DNA of 15,088 nucleotides from NCBI GenBank assembly GCA_039683575.1, contig JBDKRC010000193.1, positions 1 to 15,088 of the forward strand, written 5' to 3'. Numbering within the stretch: the first letter of the stretch is position 1; each line of letters begins with the position of its first letter. The DNA is from Armatimonadia bacterium (GTDB lineage: Bacteria; Armatimonadota; Zipacnadia; Zipacnadales; UBA11051). Under the pieces are notes generated by a model, which saw only the letters and a list, made by a program, of their open reading frames with translations, was not told the DNA's origin and did not search any database. This document shows, piece after piece, positions 1-6,625 of the stretch. Made by a program: the position numbers and the translations under genes.

Positions 1-2
1 AC

Positions 3-689
3 CACGTCGGTATGTTGTCGGGCGGGGGTTTGTACCCCGCCGCTGTGGTGGTCGTGTATAACGGCCGGGGGGGTAAAAGCCCCCGCCCCACAGAAGGCAG
101 CAAACTGCCCCACCATGTCATCCGAGAAGTCCACTTCCCATATCGGGCCGTTCAGCGGTCCCCAGCCGTCTGCCCCCTGCCAGCCGTCGAAGCCGTAGTA
201 TTTGAGCGTCTGCACGAGCTTCTGCGCCCAGAAGTCCTGGAAGTACGTCTCATCCTTCAGTCGCGCCAGGCAGTTGAGGGCATAGCCCACGCCGAGCGAG
301 CGGAAGACCATGAAGACTTCCTGGTGCTGGCCGAGCCATTCCTGATGGAACTTGTCCCGGTACCACGCCGTGAAGACGGTCAGGAACACCTTCACGCCAC
401 GCTCCTGCAGGCCCCTCACGAGGCCCTGAAGCTGGCGGTTGGTCCACTTCTGGCGCTGACGGTGACGCCCGAACTCGTGCCCGTCGCGCGAGCAATAGTC
501 GGGCGGCAGTTCCACCTCGCCCGCATGGTCTTCATGTGACAATACGAAGTCCGGCGAGGCGAGCAGCAGGCAGATGACATCCGGCGTGAAGCCCGCAGTA
601 TCCAGATACTCCGCCACGCCATAGTCCGGCTGCTCGACATCAAAGCCGATCAGCTCAACCCAAATCCAGCGCTCGTGTGGTCTCATCAT
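3..689 (-). CDS. Hypothetical protein, possibly glycoside-hydrolase-like TIM barrel; runs off the window start (3' partial)
   Basis: Translated by hand (absent from the ORF track because it has no stop in the window): MMRPHERWIWVELIGFDVEQPDYGVAEYLD...LQERGVKVFLTVF...LKYYGFDGWQGADGWGPL...; frame is open from ATG 689 (or 686) to the window edge; the start overlaps the TGA of the upstream oxidoreductase (ATGA coupling). Confidence 0.8.
   Translation of the reverse strand, partial: MMRPHERWIWVELIGFDVEQPDYGVAEYLDTAGFTPDVICLLLASPDFVLSHEDHAGEVELPPDYCSRDGHEFGRHRQRQKWTNRQLQGLVRGLQERGVKVFLTVFTAWYRDKFHQEWLGQHQEVFMVFRSLGVGYALNCLARLKDETYFQDFWAQKLVQTLKYYGFDGWQGADGWGPLNGPIWEVDFSDDMVGQFAAFCGAGAFTPPAVIHDHHSGGVQTPARQHTDV
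16..92. repeat. REP-like inverted doublet inside the coding sequence
   Basis: 16-42 TGTCGGGCGGGGGTTTGTACCCCGCCG versus reverse complement of 66-92 TGTGGGGCGGGGGCTTTTACCCCCCCG (23/27 identical); each arm has an internal GGGG..CCCC palindrome. Confidence 0.75.
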
Positions 690-1750
690 GCCTCACCTGC
701 CCATACTTTCAGCGGATGCCGGGCGTCCTCCAGTGGCAGGTCCACCCAGTCTCGCCCGATGTGCGACCAGTACACCGCCGAGATGATCTCCAGCGCCGCG
801 CGTCCCGCGCGCCCGTCGGAGCAATGGTCGGCCCGTCGCCCCTCGATCCAGTCCAGCATCTCCAGCATCATCTGCTCGCGCGTTGAGCGCGCCGGGTAGT
901 CGTACGGGTTCTCTTCCGGCGTCAGCTCGATCCGGCGCCAGTCGCCTACGTTTTCGTCAGTTTCGACCGCATGCGGGAAGTGGAACACGTCATGCTTGGG
1001 CTTGAGCGTCCGCAGCCGCCCCTCGGTGCCGATGAATTCGAACCCGAAGCGATCCGCGGGGTCCCACTCCACCACTGCCTCAACACCTGACGCGAAATGC
1101 AGCACCACGGTCCCCTGCTCGCCCGCCACCCAGCCGGTCCCGCGCGGCCCCTCTTTGCGGATGTCATCACGCGTCACGTCACGCCCCTCAACCGTCAGGT
1201 GCGCAAAGACGCTCTGGACGTCTCCCAGCACCAGCCGCAGCATGTCGAAGATGTGGGTGCCGATGTTCATCAGCCCGTAGCCGACGTCATAGCCCTTGTC
1301 AGCGGCATGGGCCCGGCACAGCTTGCCGATGGCCCCCGACTCGATCAGCGACTTGATCTTGTACGATCGCGGGTCGCTGCGGCGGTTGTGGCTGATGACC
1401 AGCGCCACCTTGGTACGGTCGCAGGCTTCGAGCATCGCGTCACATTCCTGCAGGTCCAGCCCCATGGGCTTTTCGCACAGCACGTGAATCCCACGCTCCG
1501 CCGCCATGATCGTCGGTGCAGCGTGCTGGTTGGGCCAGGTGGCGATGGAGATGATGTCCAGCTTCTCATTGTCCATCATCGTCTGGTAATCGGGATACTG
1601 CCTGGCCTGGGGGAAATGCTCGCTCATATACGCCAGAGGTTCGGGCAGCGGGTCCGACACGGCCGCGACCTCGCAATTCTCAAGCAACGCCCATTCCCTC
1701 GCATGCGCCTTGCCTTGCCCGCCGCAGCCAATGACGCCGACGCGATACAT
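686..1750 (-). CDS. Gfo/Idh/MocA family NAD(P)-dependent oxidoreductase
   Basis: N-terminal Rossmann motif VGVIGCGGQG, HVLCEKPM motif, GTHIFD catalytic segment; GGAGGA RBS upstream of ATG 1750 (ORF-track start at 1813 is too long). Confidence 0.93.
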   Translation of the reverse strand: MYRVGVIGCGGQGKAHAREWALLENCEVAAVSDPLPEPLAYMSEHFPQARQYPDYQTMMDNEKLDIISIATWPNQHAAPTIMAAERGIHVLCEKPMGLDLQECDAMLEACDRTKVALVISHNRRSDPRSYKIKSLIESGAIGKLCRAHAADKGYDVGYGLMNIGTHIFDMLRLVLGDVQSVFAHLTVEGRDVTRDDIRKEGPRGTGWVAGEQGTVVLHFASGVEAVVEWDPADRFGFEFIGTEGRLRTLKPKHDVFHFPHAVETDENVGDWRRIELTPEENPYDYPARSTREQMMLEMLDWIEGRRADHCSDGRAGRAALEIISAVYWSHIGRDWVDLPLEDARHPLKVWAGEA

Positions 1751-1817
1751 GGTTGATCCTCCGCGCCCGCGCGCTCGCAGTGATGGGAAAAGGTTCGCTA
1801 GGCTGCGGTGCATTCCT

Positions 1818-2696
1818 TCAAAGGGGGTATAGAGGCTTGCGGTCGCGCTTGTCGGCTATGAGCACCGCACCGGCCACGATCGCCAGAACCGCCAGGCCGA
1901 TTACGCCGGTGAGGTTGCCAATGAGGGGGTTGCTGCCCCGCACAAAGGCGAGCAGGCTCATTGCCGGGGAGTTCACTGATGCGTGAGCCAAAGTGGGGGA
2001 GAGGATGCTACCTGACCGGCGGAAGAGCCAGCCGAAGATGATGGAAAGCAACACGCAGAAGACGATCATCATCAGGGCGCCGGGGCCGGGATAGCCGGGG
2101 TAGTTGTGCCCCTGCAGTATGATCGGCGCGTGCCACACCCCCCAGGTGAAACCGACGAAGACCACTGACGTCACCGGCCCCAGGTGCTCCAGACGCGGCT
2201 GCAGGTAGCCCCGCCAGCCGAATTCCTCGCCGAAAGTGGCGAGGCTCGTGATGAGCACTCCCTGAGTCAGCGCCCCCACCAGGATCAGGAGCGGCGCCAG
2301 GGGGCCCACATCGAGCAACTGCTGAACTGCCGCCTCCTGTTGCGCGGGCGGCAGCTTCTCGATCACCACCTTGCCCGACAGGTCAAGTTCCCCCGCTCCG
2401 AGCGCCAGGGTCAGCCCCGTCGCGGCCAGACCCAGCGCGAACGGTAGCAGCCATGCGATGACGTGGTAGCGTCCCCGTCCCCAGCACAGCCCCGCGTCCG
2501 CGAACCCTGAGCCCTCAACCAGCCGGGCCGCTACCGCCCCGAGCGCCGGCGTGAACATCACCCCGACCATCAGCAGCATCACGGTCAGGTTGCCGTTGCC
2601 GTAGCCCAGCAGCCGCACCGGCCAAAGCTCGATGATCCAGGCAAGGCCGAACGTGATGGTCAGATAGACAGCCAGTCCGAGGTTCTTCTTCCTCAT
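1818..2696 (-). CDS. CPBP (CAAX/Abi) family intramembrane metalloprotease
   Basis: Multiple hydrophobic segments; motifs EEFGWRGYLQ, WGVWH, HASVN; ATG 2696 (MRKKN, basic N-terminus before the first TM) preferred, but the start is uncertain (no clear RBS). Confidence 0.9.
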   Translation of the reverse strand: MRKKNLGLAVYLTITFGLAWIIELWPVRLLGYGNGNLTVMLLMVGVMFTPALGAVAARLVEGSGFADAGLCWGRGRYHVIAWLLPFALGLAATGLTLALGAGELDLSGKVVIEKLPPAQQEAAVQQLLDVGPLAPLLILVGALTQGVLITSLATFGEEFGWRGYLQPRLEHLGPVTSVVFVGFTWGVWHAPIILQGHNYPGYPGPGALMMIVFCVLLSIIFGWLFRRSGSILSPTLAHASVNSPAMSLLAFVRGSNPLIGNLTGVIGLAVLAIVAGAVLIADKRDRKPLYPL

Positions 2697-2795
2697 ATTC
2701 ACAGGGACGCACCGCACGGACGCTCGTTCATCATCTGCCTGAACCGGCCTGTGCCGTCCGCTCGCTGAACCTATCGGAACTCCGTATCAGGGAGT

Positions 2796-3752
2796 CTACT
2801 GAAGCTTGACGCGTCGGCCGCACGGCGCAGACTGTCCGAGGTTCCCGGGGAACTTCAGTGGCCCCGGTGAGCGATGCCCCTGCAACCTCGCCGCGTCAAT
2901 GATATTCTTCAGCAGCATCGCCGTGGTGACCGTCCCTACCCCGCCCGGCACCGGCGTGATCTGCCCGGCAATTTCCGCTGCCTCGTCAAACAGCACGTCG
3001 CCGACGATCTTGCTCTTGCCGTCGTCGGTCTTCACCCGGTTGATGCCCACGTCAACGACCGTCGCGCCGGGCTTGATGTGCTCGCCCTTGACCAGGCCTG
3101 GTACCCCAACCGCTACCACCAGCACATCTGCCTTGGTCGTGTGGGCCTTGAGGTCCTGGGTGCCGATGTGGCAGACCGTGACCGTGCAGAACTTGTCCAG
3201 CAGCAGCAGCCCGCTCGGCTTGCCCACGATCTCCGAGTGGCCGACGACGACTACCTCAGTGCCCTTGCCCTGCGCCTCTTTCGGGTCGGTGAACAGCGGT
3301 ACACCCGAGGCCTCCACCAGCGCCAGCACCGCCTGCGCCGTGCACGGGGCCAGGGTCGTGCTGCCCTGGACTACTCCGCCGATGTTTACAGGATTGACGC
3401 CGTCGACGTCCTTCTTCGGGTCAATCGCCCGCTGCAGCGCGCGCCCATCGACACCCGCCGGTACCGGCATGAGCAGAATGATCGCAGTCACTGCGACATT
3501 ATCGTTAAGCTCAGCGATCTTCGTTTCGATGTCTGCCTGCGAAGCGTCCGCCGCAAGTTGGTGCAGTTCGAACTCGATTCCGACCTCTTCGCACGCCTTC
3601 CCCTGGCTCTTGGCGTAGAACTCCGCGCCCTTGTTGTCCGTAGCCAGAATGGCCGCGAGTTTCGGCACGCGGCCTATCTCAGCTACCGCAGCCTTTACGT
3701 CTTCCTTGATCCTATCCGCAATCGGCGCCCCCTCAAGCAGCGTTGCGCTCAT
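2796..3752 (-). CDS. folD: FolD-family methylenetetrahydrofolate dehydrogenase (probably lacking cyclohydrolase activity)
   Basis: KDVDG, PCT, SEIVGKP, VDVGIN, GDV and ITPVPGGVG motifs; YxxxK is replaced by YAKSQ; atypical C-terminal tail of about 27 aa. Confidence 0.95.
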   Translation of the reverse strand: MSATLLEGAPIADRIKEDVKAAVAEIGRVPKLAAILATDNKGAEFYAKSQGKACEEVGIEFELHQLAADASQADIETKIAELNDNVAVTAIILLMPVPAGVDGRALQRAIDPKKDVDGVNPVNIGGVVQGSTTLAPCTAQAVLALVEASGVPLFTDPKEAQGKGTEVVVVGHSEIVGKPSGLLLLDKFCTVTVCHIGTQDLKAHTTKADVLVVAVGVPGLVKGEHIKPGATVVDVGINRVKTDDGKSKIVGDVLFDEAAEIAGQITPVPGGVGTVTTAMLLKNIIDAARLQGHRSPGPLKFPGNLGQSAPCGRRVKLQ

Positions 3753-3816
3753 CTACTGTTCCTCCGGAACCAGGTTGGGTAGATCACAATCCTCAGGAGA
3801 CATGGCTCGTAAGCCC

Positions 3817-4452
3817 TTATGTGCCAGGTTGCTGATCCCCCACGATCCTATCAATAGTCTGTTCCCATACCGAAGCCGCTGTCTGCTCTGCCTCCCCGAT
3901 CTTGTCCTGCATTTCCTGCCGCACGCGCGACTTGTACTCCTCGTCCTTCAGGTACGCCAGATTGACCTCAACATTGAGCCACGCGCAGCGCAACGCCGAT
4001 TGGCATAGGTCCGCTGCTACACCGACATCGCTGACCAGGTTAGAGTTCCCATGTGCCAGCAATATTGGCAATTCATTCACCGTCGCCACCACATGGTCAA
4101 TCACCTGCAGCGGCACCTGCGCCGCCTGCCTGAGTGCCACCTGAATCGCCGCGGTACGGGCAGCCTTCTCCATCTCGTCGCCCCGCGGCAGCGCGTAGGC
4201 CGCACTGACGGACCCATATGCCTCTGCATCGCGATCCGTCAGGTCAAGCAGGGCCTCATGCCGCCGGGCCAACTCCTCCAGCGACGGCGCGACTTTGTCC
4301 CAGCCATCCTTGTCGCGGGTGAAGTTGCCAACCATCTCGCCCAGCGCCGCCCCCAGCGCTCCCACCAGCGCCGCCGCACTGCCTCCGCCGGGAGTGGCCT
4401 CCCCTGAGGCCAGACGTTCGACATATTCCCGTACACTTGCCGAGGTTAGCAT
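3817..4452 (-). CDS. fchA: Cyclodeaminase/cyclohydrolase (FTCD C-terminal family), likely methenyl-THF cyclohydrolase
   Basis: LASGEATPGGGSAAAL, GNSNLVSDVGVA and NVEVNL motifs; GGAGGG RBS before ATG 4452; adjacent to folD. Confidence 0.88.
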   Translation of the reverse strand: MLTSASVREYVERLASGEATPGGGSAAALVGALGAALGEMVGNFTRDKDGWDKVAPSLEELARRHEALLDLTDRDAEAYGSVSAAYALPRGDEMEKAARTAAIQVALRQAAQVPLQVIDHVVATVNELPILLAHGNSNLVSDVGVAADLCQSALRCAWLNVEVNLAYLKDEEYKSRVRQEMQDKIGEAEQTAASVWEQTIDRIVGDQQPGT

Positions 4453-4472
4453 GCACCCTCCGGAGTGGCCGC

Positions 4473-4479
4473 GCTTCAG
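4473..4479 (+). repeat. Left copy of 7-bp target-site duplication GCTTCAG
   Basis: Identical heptamer directly abuts both IS ends. Confidence 0.9.
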
Positions 4480-4530
4480 TGTATGACGACAGGACATAGG
4501 TTACACTGCTGACAAGACATAGGTTACACT
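4480..4530 (+). repeat. IS left terminal inverted repeat with two 19-bp subunits
   Basis: GACAGGACATAGGTTACAC (4488-4506) and GACAAGACATAGGTTACAC (4511-4529), 23-bp period. Confidence 0.9.
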
Positions 4531-4566
4531 TTCCGGCGTGGTTTCAGCCTTGTGGGAGGGCCTGCC

Positions 4567-5709
4567 ATGCCTTGGAAGGAATCCGTCATGCAGCAGCGTT
4601 TTGATGTCATTTCCGAGTTGCTCGCCGGAGCGCAAGTCACTGCCCTCGCGCGAAAGTATGGCGTGTCGCGTAAGACCATTTACAAATGGCGCGATCGCCA
4701 CGCTGCTGAAGGCCTTGCCGGGCTCGCCAATCGTTCGCGCCGGCCACAGCGCTGCCCCAACCAGACCGCTCAGGCCACTGCCGAGCAAGTCGTTGCCCTG
4801 CGCAAGCAGTATCCGCATTGGGGCAGCAGAAAGCTGCACGTTTTGCTGCAAAACCAGCGGGAAGACGGCATTCCCTGCGAGCGCACGATGCACCGCATCC
4901 TGGTCCGCGAGGGCCTGGTCGAGCCGCGGACCGAGCCGCCGCCTGAGCCCCAGCGCTTTGAGCGCGAGCAGCCCAACGAGCTTTGGCAACTGGACTTCAA
5001 AAGTCCCTTGTATCTTTACACCAAGCCCCTGCAAACGCGCCTGGCGCCGCTGACCGTGCTCGATGATCGCTCCCGTTTTCTGCTCGGTTTGACGGCCCTG
5101 CCCAACCAGCAACTGGCTTCGCTTTGGCCCGCGCTGTGGGATGTATTCGGCTGCTACGGCCTGCCAGAAGCAATTCTGACGGATAACGCCAACGGCCTGT
5201 TTCGCAGCCATCGCGGCGGCGTGACGAGCTTCACGATGCGGCTTTGGCGTCTTAACATCCGGCATCTGCACGGCCGGCCGCACCATCCGCAGACCCAGGG
5301 CAAAGTCGAGCGCCTGCACCGCACGCTGGACGTGGAGACGCTCAAGGGCCGGCGCTATGAGACACTTGAAGCCGCCCGGCAAGCGCTGGAGCATTTCCGT
5401 CAGCAGTACAATCACGAGCGGCCGCATGAGGCGCTGGGCTTCAAGTTACCGCGCGATTGCTACGAGCCAAGTCTGCGGCCCCGGCCGGACGAATTGCCGC
5501 AGATGCAGTATGCGCCCGGCGCAAAGTTGCGCCATGTCGGGCGCAGCGGCACCATCAGCTTGCGCAACTGCCGGGTGCGCGTGGGCGAGGGCCTGGCGGG
5601 CCAGCAGGTGCAGCTCCTGGATCAGGATCCGGAGCTGGTGATCTGCTACGGCCAGTTCGAAGTGCGCCGCCTGCTATGGCAGGACCTCAGCGGCGGAAAG
5701 TGGCTCTGA
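4567..5709 (+). CDS. IS481-family DDE transposase
   Basis: MPWKE start after GGAGG RBS; N-terminal HTH (LARKYGVSRKTIYKWRDR); rve core WQLDFK / ILTDN / PQTQGKVER; YNHERPHEAL. Confidence 0.96.
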   Translation: MPWKESVMQQRFDVISELLAGAQVTALARKYGVSRKTIYKWRDRHAAEGLAGLANRSRRPQRCPNQTAQATAEQVVALRKQYPHWGSRKLHVLLQNQREDGIPCERTMHRILVREGLVEPRTEPPPEPQRFEREQPNELWQLDFKSPLYLYTKPLQTRLAPLTVLDDRSRFLLGLTALPNQQLASLWPALWDVFGCYGLPEAILTDNANGLFRSHRGGVTSFTMRLWRLNIRHLHGRPHHPQTQGKVERLHRTLDVETLKGRRYETLEAARQALEHFRQQYNHERPHEALGFKLPRDCYEPSLRPRPDELPQMQYAPGAKLRHVGRSGTISLRNCRVRVGEGLAGQQVQLLDQDPELVICYGQFEVRRLLWQDLSGGKWL

Positions 5710-5767
5710 CATCACATGTCCTGTTGCCAAAGAACACGACAACGGCGCTCTAAAGTAAAGATAAAAT

Positions 5768-5818
5768 AGTGTAACCCATGTCTTGTCAGTGGTGTTACCC
5801 ATGTGTGGTCGGCTTACA
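5768..5818 (-). repeat. IS right terminal inverted repeat with two 19-bp subunits
   Basis: Minus strand reads TGTAAGCC-GACCACACATGGGTAACAC-CACT-GACAAGACATGGGTTACAC, mirroring the left end. Confidence 0.9.
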
Positions 5819-5825
5819 GCTTCAG
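5819..5825 (+). repeat. Right copy of 7-bp target-site duplication GCTTCAG
   Basis: Immediately follows the terminal ACA. Confidence 0.9.
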
Positions 5826-5841
5826 CCGGCCCACGTCGTTG

Positions 5842-6618
5842 TCAGACATTCAGACATCGTCCGCAAGCCGCCGCTATCGCCCGCGCGTCCTTGCTTTCAA
5901 ATGGCACACCGGCCTGGTACTGCGCCCGCGTCCGCGCCAGGGTCTGCAGGTATGGCGTCAGGCGTTCGCGCAAGGTGTCTGGATCGAAGGACCGCTGCAT
6001 TGGGACGTAGTCAGGCCCCAGCACCACGTTAAGGCCGGCACCAAAGGCCAGCACCCTGGCAGCAACATACGCGGGCATGCTATCAGACTTCATGCCACCC
6101 GTGACGAAGAATGGGAAGCTATTGTAGGTCGCGGGGTCTATGCCCTTGAAGAAGTCCGGCCCGCCCAGCAGGTGCGGGTTGCTGAACTTCAGCAGATTTG
6201 CTCCCCAGTCCAGCGCCTGATGCCCCTCGCCCGGCGTGGTCACACCTGAGACAATCACACTGGTCGCGCCAAAGCGTTCATACGTTGGCTGCCGGAACGG
6301 CAGCAGCGATACCAGGAAGTCTGCCCCCGCGTCCACGACCTGCGGAATTGAGGGCACGGGCCGCCCCGCCGCGTTCACCGCGTCCCGCATCCGTCCGTCC
6401 TCCAGCAGCGTCGCCGCTCCCACGGCCAGGTCAGGAAACCGGCGCTTAGTCTGCTGGATCAGAAGCAGCGCCTGAGGGTTACGGCACGAGATCTCAACGG
6501 CCTCGATGCCTGCGGCCAGCATCTGCTCCAGGCACTCCATGACCGGCAACTCGTCATCGAGCACGATCGGCACGAAGCCGCGGTATAGGATCTTCCCAAG
6601 CGTTTCTGCCCTGGTCAT
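5842..6618 (-). CDS. KDPG/KHG aldolase-like protein (Eda family, divergent)
   Basis: AVEISCR (cf. EVTLR), VGAAT (cf. VGAGT), GADFLVS, GVTTPGE, LLKF Schiff-base Lys position, FFVTGG. Confidence 0.8.
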   Translation of the reverse strand: MTRAETLGKILYRGFVPIVLDDELPVMECLEQMLAAGIEAVEISCRNPQALLLIQQTKRRFPDLAVGAATLLEDGRMRDAVNAAGRPVPSIPQVVDAGADFLVSLLPFRQPTYERFGATSVIVSGVTTPGEGHQALDWGANLLKFSNPHLLGGPDFFKGIDPATYNSFPFFVTGGMKSDSMPAYVAARVLAFGAGLNVVLGPDYVPMQRSFDPDTLRERLTPYLQTLARTRAQYQAGVPFESKDARAIAAACGRCLNV

Positions 6619-6625
6619 GCTCTCA

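Larger units (their letters stand above)
4480..5818 (+). mobile_element. Complete IS481-family insertion sequence (1339 bp)
   Basis: Starts TGTA at 4480 and ends TACA at 5818; imperfect terminal inverted repeats of about 51 bp; flanked by direct repeat GCTTCAG at 4473-4479 and 5819-5825; single DDE transposase ORF. Confidence 0.95.

Noticed and set aside
12..539. 175-aa plus-strand ORF
   Set aside because: Antisense shadow of the minus-strand gene 689->1, which has a coupled start and a protein-like sequence.
1818..2696. CPBP 'Abi' protein as a phage-defence gene
   Set aside because: The family name is historical; these are membrane proteases, and there is no defence context here.
2745..2870. 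6S RNA-like words (CTGAACC...CAGGGAG followed by a stem)
   Set aside because: The complementary GGTTCA half and the symmetric rod around a central bubble are missing; kept only as an unassigned structure candidate.
2806..3782. 270-aa and 302-aa plus-strand ORFs
   Set aside because: Antisense shadows of folD, typical of high-GC DNA.
4453..4497. Longer fchA start at 4497
   Set aside because: It lies inside the IS end; the RBS and family N-terminus fit ATG 4452.
4488..4529. Tandem 19-bp repeats as a mini-CRISPR or iterons
   Set aside because: Only 4-bp spacers, mirrored at the other IS end, and no cas or rep genes; explained as transposase binding sites.
4501..5427. 308-aa antisense ORF within the IS
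   Set aside because: No recognisable motifs or RBS; shadow of the transposase frame.
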